A DNA stretch of 64,000 bases from an uncultured delta proteobacterium (lineage in GTDB: Bacteria > Desulfobacterota > Desulfuromonadia > Desulfuromonadales > CAWANI01): contig CAWANI010000009.1 of the NCBI GenBank assembly GCA_963783365.1, positions 418,406-482,405 on the forward strand, read 5' to 3'. Numbering within the stretch: the stretch's first letter is position 1; the number at the start of each line of letters is the position of its first letter. Below the pieces are notes generated by a model. That model did not search any database, was not told the DNA's origin, and saw nothing but the letters and a program-made list of their open reading frames with translations. The translations under genes and the position numbers were made by a program. Below, piece after piece: positions 20,152-33,306 of this stretch.

Positions 20152-22011
20152 ATGTCCACGTATCAAGGAAAATACCAGGTGGTCGTCGTGGGTGCCGGGC
20201 ATGCCGGGTGTGAGGCGGCTCTGGCAACCGCACGGATGGGGTGTCGCACGCTGCTTTTGAATCTCAGTCTCGATGCGGTGGCCCAGATGTCATGCAATCC
20301 GGCTATCGGGGGGCTTGCCAAGGGGCATCTTGTGAGAGAAATCGATGCCCTTGGTGGAGAGATGGCCCGCACTATCGATGCCACCGGGATCCAGTTCCGG
20401 ACACTGAATACCAAGAAAGGCCCGGCGGTGCGCGCATCCAGAGCTCAGGCCGACCGCGGCCTGTACGCTCTTCATATGAAGCAGGTGGTGGAGCGGCAGC
20501 CATTGCTCGACCTGAAACAGGGAGAAGTCGTCGAGCTGATCCTGAAGGGAGACCGGATCGAAGGCGTGAAAACACGCGATGGAGCGATTTTTACTGCAGA
20601 GACCGTCATCCTGACCACTGGGACCTTTATGCGGGGGCTCATTCATGTGGGGCTCAACCACTACCCGGGGGGACGCGCCGGAGAGCCCCCTTCGGAGGGC
20701 CTTTCCGATCAGTTGCGGGCCCTGGGGTTGCAGGTCGGTCGGCTCAAAACCGGAACGCCGGCTCGGCTGGATCGCAAAACCATTAATTATTCCGCTCTGG
20801 AGCCGCAACACGGGGAGGATCCTCCCCGCCCCTTTTCCCTTGATACGGAAAAAATCGAACGCCCTCAGGTCCCCTGTCATATCACCTATACCAATGCCCG
20901 CACGCATGAAATCATCCGCTCCGGGCTGGACCGCTCTCCCCTTTATGGCGGGGTGATCAAAGGGGTGGGGCCACGATACTGCCCTTCGATTGAAGATAAG
21001 GTGGTGCGGTTCCCGGAAAAGGATCAGCACCAGATCTTTCTCGAACCCGAGGGGTTGCAGGTTGCCGAAGTTTATCCCAATGGAGTTTCCACCTCGTTGC
21101 CGGTGGACATTCAGTGGGCCTTCTTGCGAACGATTCCCGGCCTGGAAAAGGTCGAAATCATGCGGCCGGGTTACGCCATCGAGTACGATTACGTGGACCC
21201 GATTCAGCTGCAGCCGACATTGGAAACGAAAGCGATCCGCAACCTCTATCATGCCGGCCAAATCAACGGAACTTCGGGTTATGAAGAGGCTGCGGCTCAA
21301 GGATTGATGGCCGGAATCAACGCCGCCCTCTCTCTACAGTCCCGCCCTCCCCTTGTGCTCACCCGGGATCAGGGATATATCGGCGTGCTGATCGACGACC
21401 TGATCCGTCTCGGAACAACGGAACCGTATCGAATGTTTACCTCCCGGGCCGAATATCGGCTGCTGCTGCGCGAAGACAATGCGGATTTGCGCCTGACGGA
21501 GCTCGGGTATCGTGTCGGAGTCGTCACGGCGGAACGCTGGGAACGTCACGGCGCCAAGTGTGCCGACATTGAAACGGGAAGGGACCGGCTGAAAACGGTG
21601 CGTATCGTCCCTTCCGACGAACGCCTGGGGCAGTTGCCAGGCGTAGGTGATCTGAAAAACGGCGCATCTCTGGAGGGGTTGCTTCGGCGCCCTGAGATCT
21701 CTATCACCGATCTTTGCGTTTTTGATTCTTCCCTAGCTAGCTTGGATCGTGGGGTACTCGAGCAGTTGGAGATCGGCGTTAAATACGAGGGATATATTCA
21801 GCGTCAACTGGATCAGGTGGACCGTTTTCGTCGAACCGAAGAGGTCGCGATCCCTTCGGATTTCGATTATGACGGGATTGGCGGGCTCTCCCTGGAGGTG
21901 CGGGAAAAGCTGAAAACCGTCCAGCCTCGAAATCTCGGCCAGGCCTCGCGAATTCCCGGAGTGACCCCGGCAGCCATCGCCATTCTGAGTGTGCTGCTTC
22001 GTCGAGGGTGA
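20152..22011 (+). CDS. mnmG: tRNA uridine 5-carboxymethylaminomethyl modification enzyme MnmG (GidA)
   Basis: 619-aa ORF. FAD motif VVVVGAGHAGCEAA, YPNGVSTSLP, GQINGTSGYEEAAAQG. Confidence 0.96.
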   Translation: MSTYQGKYQVVVVGAGHAGCEAALATARMGCRTLLLNLSLDAVAQMSCNPAIGGLAKGHLVREIDALGGEMARTIDATGIQFRTLNTKKGPAVRASRAQADRGLYALHMKQVVERQPLLDLKQGEVVELILKGDRIEGVKTRDGAIFTAETVILTTGTFMRGLIHVGLNHYPGGRAGEPPSEGLSDQLRALGLQVGRLKTGTPARLDRKTINYSALEPQHGEDPPRPFSLDTEKIERPQVPCHITYTNARTHEIIRSGLDRSPLYGGVIKGVGPRYCPSIEDKVVRFPEKDQHQIFLEPEGLQVAEVYPNGVSTSLPVDIQWAFLRTIPGLEKVEIMRPGYAIEYDYVDPIQLQPTLETKAIRNLYHAGQINGTSGYEEAAAQGLMAGINAALSLQSRPPLVLTRDQGYIGVLIDDLIRLGTTEPYRMFTSRAEYRLLLREDNADLRLTELGYRVGVVTAERWERHGAKCADIETGRDRLKTVRIVPSDERLGQLPGVGDLKNGASLEGLLRRPEISITDLCVFDSSLASLDRGVLEQLEIGVKYEGYIQRQLDQVDRFRRTEEVAIPSDFDYDGIGGLSLEVREKLKTVQPRNLGQASRIPGVTPAAIAILSVLLRRG

Positions 22012-22012
22012 A

Positions 22013-22675
22013 ATGTTTCGTCGAGATCTATTGGCTAAGCAGCTCAAACTCATGGGGATTGCCGTCCCCGAAGAGGCATACGCCCCTCTGCTGTGGTTTT
22101 TAGAGGAACTCGGACGCTGGAACCGTCGCATTAACCTGACGGCGATCACCGATCCCGAGGAGGGAGTCGAGAAGCACCTTGTCGACTCGCTGACCCTCTT
22201 GCCCCTGTTGCGCGGGGACGAAACCGTGCTCGACGTCGGTTCGGGAGGCGGCTTCCCGGGCCTTCCATTGAAGATCGTCTATCCGCAACTGAAGATCTGC
22301 TCGATCGATGCCATACGAAAAAAGATCGAATTTCAGCAGCATGTCGTTCGTAAATTGGCCCTCAAAGGGTTTGACCCGATTCATGGCCGGATCGAAGAGA
22401 GGGTGAAGGGCAACGAGTGGGCGGGTGCTTTTGAGATCGTCACCGCTCGGGCTTTTGCCTCGCTGGTGGATCTTGTGCGGCTTGCCCTCCCCGCTCTGGC
22501 CCCTGGGGGACGGATTCTGGCGATGAAGGGTTCGGGCGGAGAGCGGGAGTTGAGGGAGGCTCTACCGGATCTCTCGGAGATGGGAGTGATCTGTACCGAG
22601 GTCCGGCGCCTCATCCTCCCTATTTCAGGCGCCGGCCGAACGCTGTTCACCCTTGAGCGGATCGAAAAGGGGTAA
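22013..22675 (+). CDS. rsmG: 16S rRNA (guanine527-N7)-methyltransferase RsmG (GidB)
   Basis: SAM motif VLDVGSGGGFPGLPL. ATG at 22013 immediately after the mnmG stop (the ORF track starts at 21989). Confidence 0.9.
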   Translation: MFRRDLLAKQLKLMGIAVPEEAYAPLLWFLEELGRWNRRINLTAITDPEEGVEKHLVDSLTLLPLLRGDETVLDVGSGGGFPGLPLKIVYPQLKICSIDAIRKKIEFQQHVVRKLALKGFDPIHGRIEERVKGNEWAGAFEIVTARAFASLVDLVRLALPALAPGGRILAMKGSGGERELREALPDLSEMGVICTEVRRLILPISGAGRTLFTLERIEKG

Positions 22676-22819
22676 TTTCCCCCCTTCCGTCGGTTCAGGT
22701 AGTGACGATTGCAACCATCCGCCTCCATGACCGGCCCTTAGGCCCTGCCCTTTTTTCTTTGATGAAAAGGGGGGGTGTGGTACTCTTTCCGCCCGGCTGT
22801 TGATGCAAGGAGAAGGGAT

Positions 22820-23584
22820 ATGGCCCAGATAATCGCCATCGCCAACCAGAAGGGGGGCGTGGGAAAAACGACCACCGCAGTCAATCTGTCCGCCTCTCTT
22901 GCCGCGGCGGAAAAGCGCACCCTCCTGGTTGATATCGACCCTCAGGCCAACTCCTGCAGCGGCATGGGGATCGATAAGATGGCCCAGGAGTTCACGATCT
23001 ACCACGCCCTGCTGGGTGAGACCGCCGTACAGGACATCCTTGTTCATACCGATCTGAAGCATCTGGATCTGCTTCCGGCCAATACGGACCTCATCGGTGC
23101 CGAAATCGAATTGGTCTCGGCCCTGGCCAGAGAAACCCGCCTGGCCGGTGTGCTCAAAGAAATCCGCCATGAATACGAATACATTCTGATCGATTGCCCC
23201 CCTTCCCTCGGACTGCTGACGGTTAACGCCTTGACGGCGGCCGATGCGGTGTTGATACCTCTGCAATGTGAATTCTATGCCATGGAGGGGTTGAGTCAGT
23301 TGATGAACACGGTCGGGCTCATTCAGAAGGAGCTCAATCCCCGTCTGACTCTCCAGGGAATCTTGCTGACCATGTTCGATGGCCGAAACAATCTGTCCCA
23401 TCAGGTGGGGGACGAAATTCGTCAACATTTCGACGGCAAGGTATTCAAATCAGTCATCCCCCGCAATGTGCGTCTATCTGAAGCACCCAGCTACGGCATG
23501 CCGGCCCTGCTGTACGATATATCCTCCCGCGGGGCCGCGGCTTACCTTGAGCTCGCAAAAGAAATCATTGAAACGGGAAAGTGA
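22820..23584 (+). CDS. parA: Chromosome partitioning ATPase ParA/Soj
   Basis: Deviant Walker A IANQKGGVGKTTT. ATG 22820 behind AAGGAGAAGGG. Confidence 0.95.
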   Translation: MAQIIAIANQKGGVGKTTTAVNLSASLAAAEKRTLLVDIDPQANSCSGMGIDKMAQEFTIYHALLGETAVQDILVHTDLKHLDLLPANTDLIGAEIELVSALARETRLAGVLKEIRHEYEYILIDCPPSLGLLTVNALTAADAVLIPLQCEFYAMEGLSQLMNTVGLIQKELNPRLTLQGILLTMFDGRNNLSHQVGDEIRQHFDGKVFKSVIPRNVRLSEAPSYGMPALLYDISSRGAAAYLELAKEIIETGK

Positions 23585-23585
23585 G

Positions 23586-24437
23586 ATGGCAAAGCGACCG
23601 GCATTGGGAAAAGGCATCGGGGCTCTCTTGAGTTCCGCCACCCAGGAGGGGGGGCGGAAGTATTTCCTCTGCCCCCTCGAAGACCTGCGTCCGAACGGTA
23701 ACCAGCCGCGCAAGACGTTCAACGATGCGAAAATGGCGGAACTGGTGGCCTCCATCCGCGAAAAAGGGGTGATTCAACCCCTCGTGGTTCGTCGGGTGGA
23801 AGACAGTTATCAGATCATCGCCGGAGAACGACGCTGGCGAGCCGCCCAGAAGGCCGGGTTGCACGAAGTGCCGGTCGTCATTCAGGACGTTTCCGAAGAC
23901 TGGGCCATGGAAGTAGCCCTGATAGAGAACATCCAGCGGGAGGATCTCAATCCGATTGAGGAGGCGGAAGCCTACCGCAATCTCATGGAGGGCTTCGATC
24001 TCTCCCAAGAGGAAGTCTCGCGCCGGGTGGGAAAAGACCGCTCCTCGGTGGCCAACTCCCTGCGCCTGCTGCGGCTCCCCGACTCCATCCGGGAGGACGT
24101 GGTAGGGGCCCGGCTTTCAATGGGCCATGCCCGTTCCCTGCTTTCGCTGGAAGAGGAGGGGGACATGGCGGAGGCGCGCGATCAGGTTGTGCAAAAAAAA
24201 CTCTCCGTTCGGGAGACGGAGGCTTTGGTCAAAAAAATCAAGAAGTTCGGTGCGGCGCCCAAGAGCAAGTCCAAGCCGGCGCTGGGGCCCGAACTGCTCC
24301 ATCTGGCCGGGGAATTGAAGCGGGCCCTGGGAACCCAGGTGAAAATTATCCCCCGCGGCAAAGGCGGCAAGATCGAGATTTCTTATTTTTCGGCCCAGGA
24401 TTTGGATCGCCTTCTCGAACTTCTCGGTATTTCCTGA
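23586..24437 (+). CDS. parB: Chromosome partitioning protein ParB/Spo0J
   Basis: ATG 23586, 1 nt after the parA stop. ParB box IIAGERRWRAA, LIENIQREDLNPIEEA, and an HTH segment. Confidence 0.95.
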   Translation: MAKRPALGKGIGALLSSATQEGGRKYFLCPLEDLRPNGNQPRKTFNDAKMAELVASIREKGVIQPLVVRRVEDSYQIIAGERRWRAAQKAGLHEVPVVIQDVSEDWAMEVALIENIQREDLNPIEEAEAYRNLMEGFDLSQEEVSRRVGKDRSSVANSLRLLRLPDSIREDVVGARLSMGHARSLLSLEEEGDMAEARDQVVQKKLSVRETEALVKKIKKFGAAPKSKSKPALGPELLHLAGELKRALGTQVKIIPRGKGGKIEISYFSAQDLDRLLELLGIS

Positions 24438-24471
24438 AAAAATATCCTAAAAATGGAAGGGAACGGGTGCA

Positions 24472-24864
24472 ATGAAAAAAGAAAGCCCGATGGAAAAGGG
24501 AGAGATTAAAGCCTTCCTCGGAGCAGGCAGCCAATTTGAAGGAAAGTTGCTCTTCGATGAAATCGTCCGCCTGGACGGTGCCTTTCGGGGAGAAATTGGC
24601 TCAAAGGGAACCCTTATCGTCGGGGACACCGCCGACCTGCAGGCCGAACTGCAGGTGGGGACGCTGATCCTGAGCGGACGTTTCAAGGGAAATATCAAAG
24701 CCAGCACCAAGGTGGAGCTACGCTCCCCTGCCAAAGTGGAGGGCAACATCGAAACTCCGGTCCTAGTGGTGGCAGAGGGTGTCCAACTCAACGGATCGAC
24801 GACCATGAACATGGGAGAGAGGGCCACGGCCTCCAAGGAAGAAAATCGCCCACCTAAAAAATAA
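24472..24864 (+). CDS. Bactofilin (polymer-forming cytoskeletal protein)
   Basis: 130-aa ORF with the repetitive beta-helical pattern (G.L.V.G.F.G.I) typical of the bactofilin/DUF583 domain. Sits directly downstream of parB. Confidence 0.8.
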   Translation: MKKESPMEKGEIKAFLGAGSQFEGKLLFDEIVRLDGAFRGEIGSKGTLIVGDTADLQAELQVGTLILSGRFKGNIKASTKVELRSPAKVEGNIETPVLVVAEGVQLNGSTTMNMGERATASKEENRPPKK

Positions 24865-25012
24865 CCATAAAACATAACGACTTTATATTTATAGATTCCT
24901 AAAGGGGGAAATCCGGAGTGCGGGGGAAAAGATCCTTGACAATCAAAGGGTCATATGATAGCTATTCCCTGTTTTACCTGGAGGTAAAGCATTTTTTAAT
25001 CTCTAGCTCTAA

Positions 25013-25027
25013 TGTATACAGTATACC
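25013..25027. promoter_or_regulatory. Operator-like palindrome upstream of the atp operon
   Basis: TGTATAC-A-GTATACC, 42 nt upstream of the GTG of the first atp gene. It nearly duplicates the palindrome in the GntR promoter at 35156-35170. Confidence 0.45.
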
Positions 25028-25068
25028 GACGAGTATTTCATTCCAAGCGAGTCTAACGAGGTGTTGCA

Positions 25069-25494
25069 GTGAGCAAAATCGATTGGACCATCTTTCTTCA
25101 GGCAGCCAACTTTCTGGTATTGATGGTGGTGCTGAACTTTCTGTTGTACCGGCCTGTGCGAGGAATTCTCAAGTTGCGCCGGGAAAAGATCGCAGACGAT
25201 TTTGACAGGGCAAAGGATTTAGAACAGCGTATCGACAGTAAAATGGCCGCCTACCAGGAGCGTCTGGAGGAGGCCAAACGTAAGGCAAATCAGGAAAAGG
25301 CCACGTTTCGCGCAACGGCCATCGAGGAGGAGACTGCGCTGGTGACCCGGGCCCGCGAGGAGGCGACAGGCCATCTGCAGACCATTAAAAACCGCGTGGC
25401 CGCCGAAGCCAAAGAAGCCCGCTCGGCCCTGGGTGCAGAGGTGCAGAATCTGGCCTCCCAGGTTGCCGCCAAGGTCCTCGGGAGGAATCTGTAA
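25069..25494 (+). CDS. ATP synthase F0 subunit B'
   Basis: GTG start. One N-terminal TM helix (FLQAANFLVLMVVLNFLLY) plus a long charged helix. First of two tandem b-type subunits. Confidence 0.85.
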   Translation: MSKIDWTIFLQAANFLVLMVVLNFLLYRPVRGILKLRREKIADDFDRAKDLEQRIDSKMAAYQERLEEAKRKANQEKATFRATAIEEETALVTRAREEATGHLQTIKNRVAAEAKEARSALGAEVQNLASQVAAKVLGRNL

Positions 25495-25497
25495 AAA

Positions 25498-26103
25498 ATG
25501 AAACCGATCATGGCCATAAAACTGAAAAAAAGGGCACTCGTCTCTATCGCCATCCTGGTCCTCGTGGGACTCGCCGCCACGGCCCTGGCTGCTAACGGCG
25601 AGGGGCAGGCCGCAGAGAGCGGGATCATGCTGAAGGACTTTCTCTACCGGTGCCTGAATTTCGTTATTCTTTTCGGCGCCTTGGCCTATTTCGCAGCCAA
25701 GCCGATTCGTCAGGCCTTGGCCGGGCGACGCGAGGGCGTGGAGAAGGCTCTGCGTGAAGCAGAGACGACCAAGAACGAGGCGGAAGCGAAGTTCGCCGAA
25801 TACGACCGAAAACTGAACCAGGCTGCCGCCGAAATCGACGATCTCACGGCCGCCATCAAGCGGGAGGGCGAGATGGAGCGGGAGAAAATCCTGGCCAGCG
25901 CCCGGGAGACGGCGGAAAAAATCAAACAGGAAGCCCAGAAATCCGCCACCTTCGAGGTAGCCAAGGCCCGCGTCGAATTGCGCCGGGAGGCTGCCCAGAT
26001 GGCGATCGAAATCGCCGAAGACCTGTTGAATAAGAACCTCACGAAGGCGGATCAAACCCGCCTGGTCGACGAATATATGCTGAAGGTGGGAGAATTACAT
26101 TGA
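25498..26103 (+). CDS. atpF: ATP synthase F0 subunit B
   Basis: TM helix plus an extended coiled-coil. Position before atpH. Confidence 0.85.
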   Translation: MKPIMAIKLKKRALVSIAILVLVGLAATALAANGEGQAAESGIMLKDFLYRCLNFVILFGALAYFAAKPIRQALAGRREGVEKALREAETTKNEAEAKFAEYDRKLNQAAAEIDDLTAAIKREGEMEREKILASARETAEKIKQEAQKSATFEVAKARVELRREAAQMAIEIAEDLLNKNLTKADQTRLVDEYMLKVGELH

Positions 26104-26642
26104 GTATCAGCGCGATATCCAGGAGGTATGCCAAGGCCCTGGTGAACCTGGGGGTCGAGCAGCAGATGGTGGAGCAGTACGGGGAGGAGTTGGGAAAGGT
26201 CCGATCGGCCTTCGCCGTCGAGGACGTTCTGCGCCTCGTTCTGGAAAGCCCGACGTTCCTGTTTGAAAAGAAGGCCGCCATTCTCAAGGACCTGGCCCAG
26301 GCCCTGACCCTCTCCGAGGGAATGAAAAAGTTCCTGGGGCTTCTGCTCGAAAAGGATCGACTCCGATATCTTCCCCAGATAGAGGGGAACTACCGACAGT
26401 TCGCCGACGAGCTTTCCGGACTTCTGCGAGCTCGGGTCACCACGGCGGCCGACCTCGGCGGCAAGCAGCAGGATGCCATCCGGACCGGGCTGGAAAAGCA
26501 AACGGGCAAGAAGGTGGATTTGAGCACCAAGCTTGACCCCTCTCTGATTGCCGGCGTCCAGGTGGCCATCGGAGGGAAGGTGTTCGATGGCAGCATCAAG
26601 ACTCAATTGAAACGGATTGAAGATACCTTAAAGAAGGGGTGA
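26100..26642 (+). CDS. atpH: ATP synthase F1 subunit delta (OSCP)
   Basis: TTG start overlapping the atpF stop. RRYAKALVNL N-terminus typical of delta/OSCP. Confidence 0.88.
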   Translation: MSISAISRRYAKALVNLGVEQQMVEQYGEELGKVRSAFAVEDVLRLVLESPTFLFEKKAAILKDLAQALTLSEGMKKFLGLLLEKDRLRYLPQIEGNYRQFADELSGLLRARVTTAADLGGKQQDAIRTGLEKQTGKKVDLSTKLDPSLIAGVQVAIGGKVFDGSIKTQLKRIEDTLKKG

Positions 26643-28160
<1,518 letters not shown>

Positions 28161-28343
28161 TCAAGCCGGCAACCCGGGATGGAATCCGAGGCGGTTTTAG
28201 CGGAGATCGGAAATTCAGGGTTCATGAACGGGTCGGCCGTCAGGTTCCTTTATCCGCCGCTGCACGGTAGCCGCCAAGGCGGAACAGGACCGTTTCCGAA
28301 GGAAGTCAATCTGACCCAGTTCGCACGCGGAAGGTTTGGATAG

Positions 28344-30676
<2,333 letters not shown>

Positions 30677-30740
30677 TTCATTGAAGGAGCGGCGGGGCCT
30701 CTCAGGCGAGGCTCCGCCTCACCGGTAAAGGACGTTCGGA

Positions 30741-31163
30741 ATGGCAGAGAAGCTCAGACTGGAAATGGTCACACCGTACAAGGAGGTCCTTTCGGAGGAG
30801 GTGGACGAAGTCACCGCTCCAGGATCGATCGGCGAACTTGGCATCTTGCCGGGGCATACACCGATGCTGACGACTCTCAAGGTCGGCGAATTTATCTACC
30901 GGCAAGGAAACGAGTCCTTTCATGTGGCCGTGAACTGGGGTTATGTGGAGGTTGAGAGCGACAAGGTGACGGTGCTGGTCGAGACCGCCGAGCCGGCGCA
31001 GGAGATCGACCTGGAACGGGCCAAAGCGGCTCTGGGCCGGGCCGAGGAGGAGCTGAAAAAGCTCTCTCCCGAAGACAAGGATTTTCTCGTTATGCAGGCG
31101 GCCCTGGAACGGGCGGCCATCCGCGTACAGGTCGCCGGCCGTCGGGCCCAGCGGGGACACTGA
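30741..31163 (+). CDS. atpC: ATP synthase F1 subunit epsilon
   Basis: 140 aa. Last gene of the cluster, with epsilon-like N-terminal beta-sandwich and C-terminal helices. Confidence 0.92.
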   Translation: MAEKLRLEMVTPYKEVLSEEVDEVTAPGSIGELGILPGHTPMLTTLKVGEFIYRQGNESFHVAVNWGYVEVESDKVTVLVETAEPAQEIDLERAKAALGRAEEELKKLSPEDKDFLVMQAALERAAIRVQVAGRRAQRGH

Positions 31164-31198
31164 GATTAACAGACGGTTTCAACGCGTAGATAAAAAAA

Positions 31199-31226
31199 GG
31201 CGATCCCAGGGAGGGTCGCCTTTTTT
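31199..31226. terminator. Intrinsic (bidirectional) terminator after atpC
   Basis: GGCGATCC-CAGGGA-GGGTCGCC hairpin (8 bp including one G-U pair), preceded by A7 and followed by T6. It lies between convergent atpC and the GntR gene. Confidence 0.8.
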
Positions 31227-31252
31227 GATTGCTTCGAACGCTTTCGGCAGGA

Positions 31253-31984
31253 TTACTCTTTGCGCTCCCGCTGCAGAATGATCGGCAGCTTCTCCTGAAC
31301 GAAAACCAGATGATCCATCATGCTTGTCTTGGCCAGTTCGGGGTCATGGGCCCGTATCGCCTCGAAAATGGTGCGGTGCTGATTCATCAGGGGTTCGAGA
31401 AAGCCTTCTTCCCGGTAAAATTCCGTCAAGGCCAATTCGATGGTGGCGTGCCAGAGTCCACGAATGGTGTCGAGGACATGGAGCTGCAGGGTATTATGGG
31501 TGGCGCCGGTAATGACATAGTGGAAGCGGGCGTCGAGAGCCGGGTCCCATCCTCCTTTGCTCGATTGCCGCTCCATTTCCTTGATGAGATCTTCTAATTG
31601 CTGGAGTTCCTCGGTGCTGATGCGGCTGGCAGCCAGATAGGCGGACCAACTCTCCAATCCCATGCGCACCTCGAGCAGGGCCTGGAGCAGATTGGGGTTG
31701 CCGTCGACCATGGTCGCCAGCGGGTCGGAGAGGGTCGTAGCGGTCAACGATTTTACATAGGTTCCCCCGCCCTGGCGCGACTCAACCAGACCCATGGCTT
31801 CGAGGACCATGAGCGCCTCTCGCACCGAGGGACGGCTGACCCCCAACATTTCGGAGAGATCCCGCTCGGAGGGAATCCGTTCCCCCGGCTTAAGATGCCC
31901 TTCTGAAATGAGGCTTTTGATCTGTTCGACGATTTCTTCCGAGATTTTTTTCGGACGGATCGGCTTAAAGACGATACTGGTCAT
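31253..31984 (-). CDS. GntR-family transcriptional regulator, FadR/FCD subfamily (PdhR/LldR-like)
   Basis: wHTH ERDLSEMLGVSRPSVREAL plus a C-terminal all-helical FCD-type domain. Confidence 0.88.
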   Translation of the reverse strand: MTSIVFKPIRPKKISEEIVEQIKSLISEGHLKPGERIPSERDLSEMLGVSRPSVREALMVLEAMGLVESRQGGGTYVKSLTATTLSDPLATMVDGNPNLLQALLEVRMGLESWSAYLAASRISTEELQQLEDLIKEMERQSSKGGWDPALDARFHYVITGATHNTLQLHVLDTIRGLWHATIELALTEFYREEGFLEPLMNQHRTIFEAIRAHDPELAKTSMMDHLVFVQEKLPIILQRERKE

Positions 31985-32006
31985 GCCATTGCTCCATGCG
32001 GATTTT

Positions 32007-32017
32007 TGGTATGACCA
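32007..32017. promoter_or_regulatory. TGGT-N3-ACCA palindrome (FadR-subfamily operator type)
   Basis: TGGTATGACCA, 23 nt upstream of the GntR gene start (31984) in the divergent GntR/dinB intergenic region. Confidence 0.5.
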
Positions 32018-32097
32018 CTTCTATCATGTGCACAACCAAAGGTCAAGAGTTTGTCGTGTGAGCTTGAAGTTAAAGTTCCGGCGGAGTGTGGGTGACG

Positions 32098-33306
32098 ATG
32101 GAGAGAAAAATACTGCATCTCGACATGGATGCCTTTTTTGCCGCGGTGGAACAGGTCGATCGACCAGAGTATCGCGGCTTGCCGGTGATCGTGGGCGGCC
32201 CCATCGGAAGGGGCGTTGTCAGCGCCTGCTCTTACGAGGCGCGCGCCTTCGGAGTGCGGTCGGCCATGGCCATGGCGCGAGCGGTCAGCCTCTGCCCCAA
32301 CGCGGCGGTGCTGCCGGTACGCATGGCCCGCTACCGGGAGGTGTCGAAGCGCATTTTTCAGATTTTCAGCCGCTATACCGACTGCATCGAACCCCTCTCC
32401 ATCGACGAGGCATTTCTCGATGTAACCGACTGCCAGCGGCTGTTCGGCCCCCCGGCGACCATTGCCGCGCAGATCAGAGCCGCGGTGCGCGTCGAAACGG
32501 GGCTGACGGTCAGCGCCGGGATCGCGCCGAACAAGTTTCTGGCCAAGTTGGCCTCTGAGAGCGGCAAACCCGATGGTCTGCTGGAAGTCACCCCTCAGGA
32601 AATAGAGAACTTCCTCCTGCCTCTTCCCCTGGAGAAGATCTGGGGCATCGGCAGGGTCACTGCGGAGCGGCTCGCCAGTCAGGGCCTCCATACCGTCCGG
32701 GAGCTGCGGGAGGTCCCCCTGGACCGGCTGATCAGTTGGTTCGGCAGTCAGGGAGCGCAGCTCTATCGGTTGGCCCGCGGGCAGGACGAGCGCCCTGTTA
32801 CGGGCGCCTCTGAGGTGAAGTCGGTCGGGCACGAGGAAACATTTTCCCGAGACCTGTGGGACCGACAAGCTCTTCGTCTGGAGCTTCTGGATCTGGCCGA
32901 ACGGGTGGCCGGCCGCCTGCGGGCAAAGGGGCTGGTCGGGCGAGGTGTTTCCGTGAAGGTCCGCTTCGCCGATTTCAGTACCGTCACCCGCAGCCGGACC
33001 CTCGCGGAGGGAACGGCCCACTCGGGGGAGATCTATCGGCAGGGGGAGGCCCTGCTGAGCAAGACCGAAGCAGGTCGTCGGGCGGTACGGTTGCTCGGAC
33101 TCAGCGTCACACAGTTGGCACCCGAGGCGACCGCCCAAGGAGAGCTGTTTGCAGGGAAGGAACACCGGCTGGCTGACCTTGACCGTGCGATTGACCGCCT
33201 CCGGGAGCGCTATGGGGACGGCGGTATCCGCCGGGGGTCGCTCCTTGAAAAGCAAGAAGGGAGCTCATCGGATAAGAAAAGGAGCAACCCCGGCAAGGGA
33301 TCGTAG
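32098..33306 (+). CDS. dinB: DNA polymerase IV (Y-family)
   Basis: ILHLDMDAFFAAVE, SIDEAFLDVT. ATG 32098 lies within ORF 32086..33306. Confidence 0.95.
   Translation: MERKILHLDMDAFFAAVEQVDRPEYRGLPVIVGGPIGRGVVSACSYEARAFGVRSAMAMARAVSLCPNAAVLPVRMARYREVSKRIFQIFSRYTDCIEPLSIDEAFLDVTDCQRLFGPPATIAAQIRAAVRVETGLTVSAGIAPNKFLAKLASESGKPDGLLEVTPQEIENFLLPLPLEKIWGIGRVTAERLASQGLHTVRELREVPLDRLISWFGSQGAQLYRLARGQDERPVTGASEVKSVGHEETFSRDLWDRQALRLELLDLAERVAGRLRAKGLVGRGVSVKVRFADFSTVTRSRTLAEGTAHSGEIYRQGEALLSKTEAGRRAVRLLGLSVTQLAPEATAQGELFAGKEHRLADLDRAIDRLRERYGDGGIRRGSLLEKQEGSSSDKKRSNPGKGS

Noticed and set aside
24936-24964. TTGACA at 24936 considered as the atp operon -35 element with a matching -10.
   Set aside because: No convincing -10 hexamer lies at 16-18 nt (the best candidate is TAGCTA), and TATGAT is only 12 nt away. 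The promoter call is therefore left open.
31985-32097. LexA/SOS box upstream of dinB.
   Set aside because: I could find neither the gamma-proteobacterial CTGT-N8-ACAG nor the Geobacter-type GGTT-N2-C-N4-G-N3-ACC pattern on either strand. Only the GntR-type palindrome is present.
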